Shown here: in pieces, positions 36,379-48,258 of the stretch | How positions within the stretch are numbered: the first letter of the stretch is position 1 | Layout: the number at the start of each line of letters is the position of its first letter | Assembly (NCBI RefSeq): GCF_004010195.1 | Contig: NC_057719.1 | Coordinates: 22,459,062 to 22,523,061, forward strand | Source: Chiloscyllium plagiosum | Lineage: Eukaryota | Direction of reading: 5' to 3' | DNA: 64,000 bases | Made by a program: the position numbers and the translations under genes | The notes under the pieces: generated by a model | Seen by the model: the letters and a program-made list of their open reading frames with translations, nothing else | Told to the model about the DNA's origin: nothing | Databases searched by the model: none

Positions 36379-36769
36379 TCCACCGTAATATTTAGCTCAA
36401 TCACCTGTTTATGCCATGTGTGTTCAATTTAATTCCACACAGATTGCATAGTGGATCATCCGTGCTCTGCATGTCCCACAATTTTCACTTTTAATATGCA
36501 GCATCTGGTCTAAATTGATTGATTGAAATATTATTTTCATTTCCTGGACAAAGAAACCTACTCTGACAAGTCATTTAACAGGTACTTCACAAGAAGTTAT
36601 GAGAAGATAAAGACTCACAATGCCAATATGAAAATTCAAATTAAATTAAATTTGATAAGCAAAGAAAATAAGGAGTTTGGGTTTGAATGAAAGGCTGCTA
36701 TTGAGGATTGACAACAACCTATGGAAATTCCAGTTAACAGATCATGTGCAAAAGATGGAAAACCTCCAA

Positions 36770-36960
36770 ATGACATGGCCTGAACATGGCCCATCTCCAA
36801 CACTACTTCAGTCTGTCAACTGCTAAATCCCTCATCATGATTTTTTATCTCCAAACTCCAATGTTCCTCTGGCCATCTTGCCACCATTCAGCATCCATAA
36901 ATTTCAGGTCATTTAAAGTCTGCTATTGACATCCTAACCCCATTCAAATTCCCTTCAACT
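36770..36960 (+). mobile_element. L2 LINE fragment
   Basis: ccctcatcatg..ttttatctccaaactccaatgttcct...ccataaatttcaggtcatttaaagtctgct...atcctaac. Confidence 0.55.
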
Positions 36961-38237
36961 GTGTTCTGGATATGTATTGGTTTCTGGTGCATGTTTTGAT
37001 GTATAAAATCCTTTTACATAAAAATTCTAAGTTCCAATTTTTTAATTGATAACAGTGGAGTTCTCAGTTGTCTTTGCCCTAATAAGATACAAAACTGAAT
37101 TTCTAATTTGAGGACATGGTTTGAACTCTTTCCATTGGCTGAAGATGAGGTCAGATATTACCCCATCCCCGTAGCTAGAGTCACATAGGTTAAACAAATG
37201 TCCATCTGTTGGAAAACTCGACAAGTCTGGTAGCATTTGTGAAAAGAAAAATAGAGCTAACACTTTGAGTCCAATTTGACTCTTTTTTAACTCTTCTTCC
37301 ATTCCTAAGCATGGTTTATTTCAGATTTTCAGTATCTTTGCTTTTGTTTAAGCACTCATCTTTTATTTCTTAGTGTCCAGGAACTGACATTTCATTGTGC
37401 AGACAAATTTAATATTTTATGAGATAAAGAACAGTTGTACAAACAATGCTACATCTCTTAACACTATCACAAAATATTCACCTAACATCCCCAGGAGTAC
37501 TGAAAAAATTATGAATGTATTTCCACAGCAGAATATCACGATGTCCGTTTAAAAATATGGATATTTTGCTCTACAGATACAGTTAATTGACCTAAGATAT
37601 AATTCTTGTTTAAATATAGCTATCATACTCAGTTCAAGCTATTAAGTTCAAATTTCTTTTTAACGCTGACAATCAAAGATTAAGTTGCATCTAATGTAAT
37701 TAAGCCAGATAGAATTGGTTAGCTCACACTCTTCAGCACCTTTAGATTATTGAAGCCAATGAGACCAGTTCTTTGCAAGCAACTTTTATCTTACTAGCTG
37801 AAAATCAAACCAAGTTGTTTGAATAAATAGCTAAGTAAGAACCATGCTATTACTTCAAACCAATAGTTTACACTAAAACTTGGCATTGTTATCAAAATTG
37901 ATAGTATCAACCTCAGGGAAATCCTGTAATGCTTCCACACATCACCCATATTTAGTCTGTCTCCAGTCGTGAACAATTCTGATGATGGGCAAGCATCGAT
38001 CTAAACACAAGTAAAAATGTCAAGTGGAAATGTGTGATCCTTTGCATCACAACTGAAGCCTGGGTCCAGGTAAATGTTAGATTCTTGTGCCACTATAGGG
38101 CGTTACCAAACCAAACAAGATTTTAGATTTGGAAGATAATGCCCAGTTCTTTGATTTCAATGGATAGTTGCTTACCAGAAGTAACAACTGAATTGATGAT
38201 TATGATTGTGACGATTGTTGCAAATATGCATCATGTT

Positions 38238-38523
38238 TTAGATTAGATTACTTACAGTATAGTAACAGGCTCTTTGGCCCATCAAGTCCACACTGACCCT
38301 CCAAAGAGCAACCCACCCTACATTTACTCCTTCACGCAACACTACAGACAATTTTGCATGGCCAATTCACCTAACCTGCACATTTTTGGACTGTGGGAGA
38401 AAACCCACACAGACACACGGAGAATGTGCAAACTCCACACAGACAGTTGCCTGAGGCAGGAATTAAACCCGGGTCCCTGGCGCTGTGAGGCAGCAGTGCT
38501 AACCACTGTGCCACCATGCCACC
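38238..38523 (-). mobile_element. HE1-like V-SINE
   Basis: tagattagattacttacag tail; head gcagcagtgctaaccactgtgccacc. Confidence 0.95.
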
Positions 38524-39712
38524 TGTTTACTGGAGATGCCTTTGCTAAATCCCTAATTATGCTCATGTTGCAATACAATATGACACCAATAAATAGCCAA
38601 GTGCACATCTGTTACCCTTGACCATACTCTCCCTTTCATAATTGCTTATCTTTGATTTGTTCTCTAAAACTAGTTGTTAGTGAATTAGATTTTATCTTAA
38701 TTATTAGAAATGCATTTTCATGGGAAATACGTGTCAATACTACGATGCTGCCAATTTCTAATATGAAAATCAGTGTGGTTACCTGGAGTAATAGCTCATT
38801 GCATGATTCAGTGGCCATTCATCCGACTTTATCTTCGCCACATCTGCATATTCCATGGCCATGGTCTTCTTCCATCTTACAGCACACAAGTTGGCATTGC
38901 CTCACCACATCATCATGGTTGATTTTAGAACAACCTTCTTCAGATGAAGTTCGCCCTTTAGGACTTCACTTTAGAGTTCAGAGACACCTATGACTTGCAT
39001 GCTTCTGGCAAATTGCTTTGTCCACAGAGGCACACATACACACACAGTCATCTAAGTACGATGCATCTTCTAGCTTTTAGCTTTCTAGCCTTTGGTAGCA
39101 CTCAGTCATTTTGTACTTATTTCAAGGCTGCCAACCTCTCTGCTTTGTATTACTCCTCAGTACAGAGTCTCATGAACCCTAATTTACAGGCTGCCAGCCT
39201 CTGCGGCTAGCTTGGGTTTTTAGTGCTGAGGCTGAGGTAGACTGCTTGCCACATACTTACATTGTACAGTCAAGGAGGCAGACATGTCGGTGGATGGCAC
39301 CATGCTATGTTATTGTCACACCTGCAGGAGGTGCCAGCAGCTTATGAAGCAATCACACCACATGTACATCAACCGAATTGCCATATCTGAAAGTCAAAGA
39401 GGACCAAATACCATTCCAAAGGCTTGGCCATGGTTGGTCAGGCACTTGGTCTTAACAGGGTCCGTGGATGTTTCCTTGAAGTATGGAGATTGGGTCACAT
39501 TCAGACCTGCAGGTCAACTGCAATCTGTTCGTGGATTATAGGAAAATTAGTCAGGGTGCTGCGGAGATATCAGTCTGCAGTTTGGATTGTCCCACCAGTC
39601 AGTCTGGAGGGTAGTTCATGTCGGACTTGGGAACTTTGGCATAACAGTTAGAGGGCTTATTAGGAGCCAGTCAATGGAGTCACAGGGAAAGTGCAAACCT
39701 TGGAGGATGTGT

Positions 39713-39825
39713 TGGTGTAATGGTAATGTCGCAACAGTCGCCAAGCACAAAGTGCCAGGCACGAGTTCAAATCTCATAATTGAAGATGACAAGATTTAAA
39801 TTCAATAGAAGTCTGAAATTTGTCA
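39713..39825 (+). mobile_element. 5' fragment of family-2 SINE abutting the Harbinger nuclease relic
   Basis: tggtgtaatggtaatgtc...gagttcaaatctca...atttaaattcaat. Confidence 0.55.
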
Positions 39826-40545
39826 GCTGCTCCACCATAGCCCTAGTCAAAGCCTGGGCAGCATTGTATCTGTGCTGTGTATCTGTCATGAGACTGTGCA
39901 AAGGTCTTACGAATCATGGTCACATTGGTAGCCCATGTCCCCAGTAAATAGCCTTGTCAGGCTCCAAAAACCGCAAACACAGCAGGTACATGAGAGGGCT
40001 CTAAGATGTACAAGTGAGCCCTGGCAGCTGCCACAGTAGGGGACACACAGCTCCAGGAAGTGCTGACGATGATCACATATGAATGGAACATTAATCAAAT
40101 GGAACCCCTTCTGGTTGATAAAATCTGAGTGTTGTGACATGACCTCGCAGTGACATGTATGTACAGTCGATGTCACTCCACAGCTGGAGTAACCTAGTCC
40201 TACTGCACAGACCAGAGCACTGACCTGGACTTGGAGAAACAAAATAAACTGATGTTATCTTGCACAGATGACTTCATTTACTGTTCTGATGTGTTTGTGG
40301 ATCCACAACAGAGAGATCCCACACAGGACACCTGTTTCATCTTGGAAGAAGCCAGTAGCTTGGGAACCAGGGTGCTGTAGACCTCCTTGGCACGCCACTT
40401 CCAAAGGACCCTGGGGCAGTGACCTCGCCCTGAACTAGGTATCCTTGTGCTCCATATGGACCTGCTGCAGCTCTTGGGCTTGCTGTCGGCCTAGTCCTTT
40501 TTCAGCTGCCTTCATCTTTTTCAGAAGGCAGGCACATCCCATCAA
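39826..40545 (-). pseudogene. Harbinger/PIF DDE transposase (HARBI1-like) relic
   Basis: ATGFFQDETGVLCGIS..IHKHIRTV; FINQKGFHLINVPFICDHRQHFLELC..YCGSC; LFTGDMGY; QHRYNAAQALTRAMVEQ; frameshifts and stops. Confidence 0.88.
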
Positions 40546-43237
40546 TGGCAGGGTCCTTGATTCTCAATGGAAATGATCTACAGTGGGATCAGAGGGAGAG
40601 AAACAGTCAATGGTGGTGCTTAGTTCAGTTGAGAGCCGAACACACTTCCACAGACAGTGAGAAATACTAAACCCTGATAATGAGCGTCATGTTTCCATTA
40701 TCTAACCACCATCTGGCTCAGTATGTTTAGCAACTTAGTTAAAGTATCATGCTATCTGAGTGACCATACTATGTCATCAAGAGTATGTTCCAGCACCCTT
40801 CCTAACCCTGACCCAAAACAAATCCTCGACATCTCACTGCATTCAGTATAGGCCATTGAACAGTTAACATGCCATATGATGAAGTGATGTTGCATGGCTG
40901 ACACAGGACCTTTGAAAACTGCACGAATAATTGTTCCCCTTCAGCCAGCAGTGGCCCTTTGTTATGCCGGTGCTATGAACTTCAACATTATTGAGATGTT
41001 CACAAGCACTAATCGCATATTGCAAATTGCTTTTGACCAATATTCGACCACTGAAGCACCTTCACTCTGCATGCATTACAAATGCACAATAAAATGATTG
41101 CAAATTAAATATAGATGCACTTTGCAATTAGCTGCTTCATATATTTGTTGCTGCAATGACTGAGTGTCCGGCAGATGTGGATCCTATTCTTTTGCCCATC
41201 AAACTGTCAATTACTCCGCTCACCCTGGGAATTGTCCCAGCTACTTTCTTTATATCAACAGAACAGAAACTGACAGTAGAGATTGGAGCTCACTTTGGAG
41301 ACCATCAGCACCAGGCTCTGCCTGGTCACAAGGTAACCTCCCAATTCCTCCATCTCTCACCCATTTTCTCACACAACGTGACAGGTCATTTTTACCCATC
41401 ACACCCCCAAGTGAAGACCCACCGCATTGAATTTCACCAACAGATGTTCTTCCTCCCCTTTGGGACCCAATGTCCATTGTGCTCCTCCATGCTATCCTTG
41501 TAAATGGCCATGGTGGATGTCACTGTAACTAACCACCCTCCATTTTCTTTCCATGCCCCCCCATTCTGTTTCACATCTCTCCAAGAACCTTGAATTTCAC
41601 CCAATCACCTTCCTTGTCACCGCCTCTTTAATGTCTCTGCTTTCCCCACCCCTAACCTCGAATCACCCTGCTGTTCCTTCATCAGAAATTGACAGATGCA
41701 TCCTCAGGACTGCATTTGCCTCAGTTTGTTAAAAGAGGAAGCCAAGTATTCATGAGGTGAGTTATGCTACCAACAATGCCCTTAACAAGCAATAATCCCC
41801 CTTAATTAGCACCTCACCCCTGCCGAGTGAGAAACTACCACACCGCTTGTGAAAAATGTAAAGGTTTCTTCCAGATGGACTTTGACAAATAGCCACTAGA
41901 CATGACTGACCAGACTACTGTTCTATGTTTGCAGGTCCCTAATTGATGATATGTGATTCCCCCGACTCTATGTGCTGGTCCTATAGAACTCACGGGTGAA
42001 AAACCCTCGGGTAGTACTGGAAAAGATTCCCTGACCACCAATGCTCCAAGTGGGCACCTGACCATGGCGAAGCAGACTGTGTACTAACTGATGGCGCTGG
42101 GGCTCTTTGATCAACAGCAGCCTCCCCCACCCCACACCTTTCCTGTACTGAGAGCCAGCTCCCCCACCCCAGTTTCTGAGCTATGGCCATTTATTTGAAT
42201 GTATGCACAGTGTGTTTTCTGCACAGACAGCTGGCACACATGCTGTAGGTGTTAGGTTGATTTCCCTGTGTGTAAGACGATCTAAACTCCCAGTAGATCC
42301 CCACGGACAGGGAGCCTGCCTGTCTGTGCTAAAGATCACCTCAGTATGGCAGTAGTCATAGCCTTTGGCTCTGGCAGAAGCAGGAATGGAAATGCAGGGC
42401 ATGGATGCTAACAACATGAAGAGGCATGTACTGAAAGAGCAAATAGCAGCCCTGAGATACAGGTCTGATGCAATCTGTGAGCTGCCAGTTGCTGCAATGC
42501 AATCTGGGCTTCCAAGTAATCTGTAAATGTATTGGAATGGTGTCATGATGATCACAATGGGTTGGCTGGTGCCAATATCCATCCGTGGATGAAAGGTGTG
42601 TGGGGCTGGTGCCTGTAAATCATGTCCTGAGATGTAGTTCAGAGCAGGCGTCCAACTCAATCTGTCAGGTCCTTGCTCTGATATCCATGTCAAGGTTTCT
42701 CAATGTCTAGCTTGGTGCATTTTTTAAAGGAGGAATGAGTGAGTTATGCTACCAACAATGCCCTTAACAAGCAATAATCCCCCTTAATTAGCACCTATTG
42801 AGAAACTACCACACCACTTGTGAAAAACATAAAGGTTTCTTCCATATGTTCACAATGTTGAGACTGGCCTTGCTGGACTTCTCATCTGAGTCTGTCACGC
42901 ATCTCACCATAGCCCACTTTGCTCAGACTTGATTAGATTCCGCCCTCTGTTTCTGCAAAGTAGTTCAGGAGCTTAAGAAAATTATAAATGCTGATTAGAT
43001 AAAAAACTATTTTTTAAATCTGACCTCTTATCATACTGATTACATCTCGTCTGAATATCTTAAGGCGCTGATTTGCATTGAAAAGAGCCATGTATTTTCC
43101 TCGTTATAATTTTATCTCTGATTAAGCTGGTCTGCTTCTGAACAAGGGACTTAATACTGAGGACATGGAAGGTCTAAAGAGGCAAGTAAGAAACGACTGT
43201 ATTAGGCCAAGCCTTACTCAGTACACTTTTGGCATAT

Positions 43238-43546
43238 TAGATTAGATTCCCTTCAGTGTGGAAGTAGGCCCTTCGGCCAAACAAATCCACACCGAGCCTC
43301 CGAAGAGTAACCCAGATCCATTTCCCTCTGACTAATGCACCTGACACTATGGCCAATTTAGTCTGGACAATTCACCTAACCTGCACATCTTTGGATTGTG
43401 GGAGGAAACCGGAGCACCCGGAAGAAACCCACGCAGACACTGGGAGAACGTGCAAACTCCACGCAGATAGTCGCCCAAGGCTGGAATCAAATCCCAGTCC
43501 CTTGTGCTGTGAGGCAGCAATGCTAACCATTGAGCCACCATGCCGT
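43238..43546 (-). mobile_element. HE1-like V-SINE
   Basis: tagattagattccc tail, V-domain gggaggaaaccggagcacccgg, tRNA-like head. Confidence 0.95.
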
Positions 43547-44099
43547 AATATGGTAAGGTGTTAGATTTCCATGTAGAAGGATGTTTTCTGAAATAACGGA
43601 GGAATAACACACTTGGGAGAAAAATAAAGCACCTGCAGAAAATGCAATGTAGCCAAATTTGAAAGATTATTTATTTCCACTGTGTGTAACACTCTGTCCT
43701 CATTCAGTACTAGCACTGGAGTTAATGGTGCTCCAAAAAGTTGAGCTAGCCATCTTTTATATGAAAAATACTTTACAACAGAAGCATCCTCTTGTCTTTT
43801 ACTGCATTTTCCTTGAGAGTTTTTCTTAATAATGTTTAGCATATTATCCTTAACAATACCAAATTCCACTTACTTAACACTATTAACATTGTAAAATATC
43901 CCAGGTCCGTTCACAATGGCCGGCATCAAGCAAAATGTGACACCGATACACATAAGGAGCTATTTAAGCAAATGGAGAATGTCTTGGTATGTTGTAAGAA
44001 GTGCCTTAAAGAGTATGAGAGACACTTTCATGTGGTAGTGATTCTGTGACAGGCGATTTATATATAACGGGTACCACAAAAGCAATAATAACTTGAATG

Positions 44100-44415
44100 G
44101 GGGTGGCACGGTGGCTCAGTGGTTAGTTCTGCTGCCCCTCAGTGTCCGGGACCCGGGTTTGATTCCAACGTTGGGAGATTGTTTTGCACATTCTCCTCAT
44201 CTGGGTTTCTTCTGGATGCATAGTTTCTTCCCGCAGACCAAAGATGCGCAGATTGCCTGTAGCATCCAACGATGTGAAGGCTAGGTAGATTAACCATGGG
44301 AAATGCAAGGTTAGGGAGATAGAGCGCAGGGGTGGGTCTGAGTGGGATGCTCTTTGGAGGGTTGGTATGGACCCAATGGGTCGAATGGCCTGATTTTGCA
44401 GTGGTGATTCTATGA
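44100..44415 (+). mobile_element. HE1-like V-SINE (diverged)
   Basis: ggcacggtggctcagtggttag...cccgggtttgattcc...gggtcgaatggcctg...gattctatg. Confidence 0.9.
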
Positions 44416-44713
44416 AATGATTTAGGATAGGAATTACAAAGTTTGGGGTGCCTGATAGCTGAAGAAACAACCACTAATGGTGGAACAACTACATTAAGGC
44501 ATGGTCAAGAGGCTAGCATTGGGAAAGCATTGGGATTTTGGACAGTTCCGTCAATGTTCTATTACCTTTGCAACATTCCCCTCCTCTGCCAAGATAAACT
44601 TATTGTTTATCAAACAAATTGTCAGTTTCAACCTTTAACCAAAGTAAAATTCAGATTACTGAAGGAACTTAGTCTACTTTTCCAGCTGTAGATAGGGGCC
44701 TATAATTAAATAG

Positions 44714-44890
44714 GCAAAAGAGAAGACTGCAGCTGCTGGAGATTAGAGTCCAGAGTGTGGTGCTGGAAAAGCACAGCAGGTCAAGCAGCATCCGAGGAGC
44801 AAGAAAATTGACTTTTCGGACAAAACCCTTCATGATGATGCTGCCTCAGATGCTGCCTAACCTGCTGTGCTTTTCCAGCACCACATTCTC
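44714..44890. mobile_element. Fold-back pLTR-only PLE mini-element
   Basis: gtggtgctggaaaagcacagcagg..gcagcatc paired with gatgctgcctaacctgctgtgcttttccagcaccac; possible decayed TSD. Confidence 0.85.
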
Positions 44891-45604
44891 ACCTTAATTC
44901 AATGACCTTCCTCCTAGGAGTTTTAAAATGTGCAGAATTACCTCAGGGTAGAATATATGAAAAGGTTTATTATCACAGAAACAACATTTTCTTTGAAGCT
45001 TACAATCCAGAGTTAAGTATTCTAGGATATTGTTATCCAGATGTAGGCCCATGGGAATTTATTTATGAGATTGCAACTCTGTACTTGCTTATGAATATTT
45101 ATTGTAAAAATCAGTTCCAAATTACATTACAATAATGAATACTATATAATAGAATATTAAATGTAGATGTTTAAATTCACCTTATATGACTGGATATTCA
45201 ATCAAATACATTTAAAGCAAACTGCAACACAAGGCAGTACACTTTCCATACCTTCTTTGTTTCATTAAAGGGAGTTTTAGTGCTGTGCCCTGTATTGGCT
45301 GCTGTTCTCTCTTTCTGTCTGTCTGTTTTTCTCCCTCCCGCTGTGTTTTTTTTAATTCATGTGTGTTGTATTATAATTTATCTCTGTGGCAGAAAGAGAC
45401 AGGCTGTCTTTGTTCATTGTATGTCCACAAAACAAGTCTGATCAATTTGCTTATGCAGTTCCTTTAATTAATTCATACACTTCAAACAATTGTCCCATCC
45501 AGTTTTCTCACAGGTGTTTGGCTACCTTTCAAGGTCCCTCAAGGTCCCATGCTTTTCTTTACAGTGCTTGTGCACCTATTCAGCTGCTAGATGTAGTGAT
45601 TTCA

Positions 45605-45912
45605 TTTCTTAATTCATTCACAGGATTTGTGCATCTATCACTAGGCTAGAATTTACTACCTAATTGCCCAGAAGGCAATTAAGAGTGAACCATTTTGCTG
45701 TGGGTTGGAGTCACATTAGACCAGATCAGGTAAGGACATTAGTGAAGCAGATGGGTTTTTACAATAATTGCAATGATTTTGTGGTCATCATTAGATCCTT
45801 AATTCCAGATTTTTATTGAATTCAAATTCCACCATCTGCCATGGCAGGATTCGAACCCTGGTGCCCTGAATATTATCAAGGTGCTTGGATTAATTATCTA
45901 GTAATAATACCA
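45605..45912 (-). mobile_element. tRNA-derived SINE (family 2)
   Basis: ggattcgaacc (reverse B box), aaggacattagtgaa, 3' end ttcattcacagga...ctaattgccc. Confidence 0.85.
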
Positions 45913-45959
45913 GTAGTTTTAACTAATGCCCCCCATAATTTGGTCAATTTCTTTACAAT

Positions 45960-46620
45960 AAAGCAGAAGGAGGTGCAGATAATGGAATGGGTGAGGTCAT
46001 TGGAATTTGAAAGAAAGGACAAGAATTTCAAAATTAAAATTATTGTTAGGTGGAGAGCTAACATTAGTCTGGTCCACAAACTTTGCAATGATGGATGAAC
46101 ACAATTTACTGTGAGTAAGGCTTTGGTCAACAAAGTTTCAGATGAGCTTGAGTTTATATCTAGTGGAAGATGGGACACCAGTTAGAGAGTATTAGAACAA
46201 GAAGATCAAAAAGTAACAAAGTCATGGATGAGGTTTTCACACTAAATAAGCTGAGATAAGGATGGAGTTGGATGATGTTCTGAACATCAATAGAAGTGAG
46301 GCAAAAGTGAGGACTACAGATGCTAGAGATTACAGTCATGATTAGAATGGTGCTGGAAAAGCACAGCAGGTTAGGCAGCATCCAAGGAGCAGGAAAATTG
46401 ATGTTTCGGGCAGGAGCCCTTCATGAGGAATGGCCCTGATGAAGGGCTCCTGTTCTGAAACATTGATTTTCTTGCTCCTCGGATGCTGTCTGATCTGCTG
46501 CATCAATAGAAGTGACCTTGGTGACTGTGTGGAGAGGTGATCAGACACTCAGCATGGGGTCAAATACAATACAGAAGTTTGTGAATGATGTAGTTCAGTT
46601 TTAGACAAAAGTCAGGTGAA
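45960..46620 (-). mobile_element. L2 LINE fragment interrupted by a PLE mini-element
   Basis: gatgagcttgagttt...gtggaagatggga...gtaacaaagtcatggatgaggttttca...ggggtcaaata. Confidence 0.7.
46300..46500. mobile_element. Fold-back pLTR-only PLE mini-element with 15-bp TSD
   Basis: TSD catcaatagaagtga at 46285-46299 and 46501-46515; two opposed degenerate hammerhead cores. Confidence 0.9.
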
Positions 46621-46969
46621 GGGTGGTGTTAAGAACCAGGAAGTGGAATTTATGATAAGGACGTAAGGCCTTAGGATCTGAAGGGGAAGCTGATTACCTT
46701 TATTGTGAGACAGAGGTAGGAGGTGGAAATCAGATATCTTGAAAGGTGGCATGGAGCCTTGTTTGGGAACCAGAGATTGGAGCTTGGTGGGTTTTTTCAG
46801 AGGACATTGGGGGTCTCAGGTGATGATTATGGAGGCAACCCAATTGAGGATCTTCTGCAGGCAGGCTTCTTGATACAGCAGGTAAACGTGAAAGCACTCA
46901 CATTCTGAATTGACCCTCACCTTGAGCTGCTGGGATCCCCATGATTTTTCAATTCTGGAAACCATTAAT

Positions 46970-47160
46970 TAAAAGTAAAGGTAAAGTTGCTATAGTCCTG
47001 CTCTGTCATAAGATAGACATGACTGGTGGTAGTTTAACTTGAGGGTTACCATGCCTCAGTTGAGGAGAGAGGTTGGGAAAGAGAGTCCTTCATGTTAACC
47101 ACAACTGATGTAGGTATTGAACCCAAAGCCAACCAGCCTTCCAAGCTCACTTATCCCCAT
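46970..47160 (-). mobile_element. Probable SINE fragment (third family)
   Basis: Reverse B-box-like ggtattgaaccc and a simple aaaagtaaaggtaaag tail. Confidence 0.4.
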
Positions 47161-48119
47161 TGCACCCCCAGATAGCAATTAAACTTGAGTGAAGGACATC
47201 AGTGAGACTGACAGCCTCAACATCAAAAGTAAAAATCTTGCATTGAATGAGTTCCCCACATATATTTTGGTGTCAATTAGAGCTGGAAATAAGTGGGTTG
47301 GAGCTTGGCCTGGATTAGGAAGTAGGTTTTACTGACCTTAACCTTCCCACCCAATGCAAGCTCACACAATCTTCTTTTAAATATAAAATTCTTGCTCACA
47401 TTGTAATTTGCAACCATTCCAGGATATTTCTGGGAGTTCTGGGACCATGTCAAGTCAATCCACTGAAGTTTATTTCTATTGCAAAAGCAAAGCTTGAACA
47501 ATGGGTCTGCTGTTTATCTCAGTATACGGAACCATCAAAGCTACATTTGGATAGGAGGTAGGAAGAAGGAAATGTGGCCCAGCTATTTTATTTAATATGC
47601 TGAGCATTCTGTGACCAATCTGAGTGGGATTGATACTTGAGTGCCATTGAAATCTCATCCTGAAGCTGTGCTGTAGACCCCGTCCACTAAACCACCAGAC
47701 CAAACAAGTTCAGTGTATTAAACAGGGCTGGGTTAATCACGGGTTCACAGAGCATAGTGTCCAATCCATTGCTCCACCCATTATTTCATTGAAGTTCTGA
47801 TATTAGTTGACTTCAAGTCAGAATGGAAATATAAATGGGGTGTAGTGTTAAATAGGCTGCTGATTAACTATGGACCCAATTTTAATTGATAAATTCCAAT
47901 CTCTTTTTCAGAGTCCAGTGAATCAGAGTTTGTACTTTTTTTTATTTCTTAACATATATCAAGTAGACATTTCTGTGCTTCAATTAAATGTAAATCATCC
48001 TTTACGTTTCCAACGGTTGTGCTGCTTCTTTTCCTGACAGTTTATGAGAATAATTACAAAAGTTGCACTTTTAAAAAATTGGAACAATCATTGTTTTGGA
48101 GTCTAGGTAAACTGAGGTA

Positions 48120-48258
48120 CCCCCGCTCCACTCCGGCCTAGCACCCTCACCTTGACCTCCCTCCACCTATCGCAATTCCAACGCCCCTCCCCCAAGTCCC
48201 TCCTCCCTACCTTTTATCTTAGCCTGCTGGACACACTTTCCTCATTCCTGAAGAAGGG
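48120..48258 (+). mobile_element. PLE fragment ending within the hammerhead
   Basis: Near-identical to 14580-14718; stops at cctgaagaaggg. Confidence 0.9.

Noticed and set aside
37979..38010. ctgatga...aaac hammerhead-like string
   Set aside because: No stem II pairing, no GAAA and no PLE context
39907..40242. Domesticated HARBI1 gene
   Set aside because: Frameshifts, stops, decayed catalytic motifs and an abutting SINE indicate a dead transposon
42181..42693. 170-aa ORF as a gene
   Set aside because: No recognisable domain or splice context; lies within a probable decayed repeat
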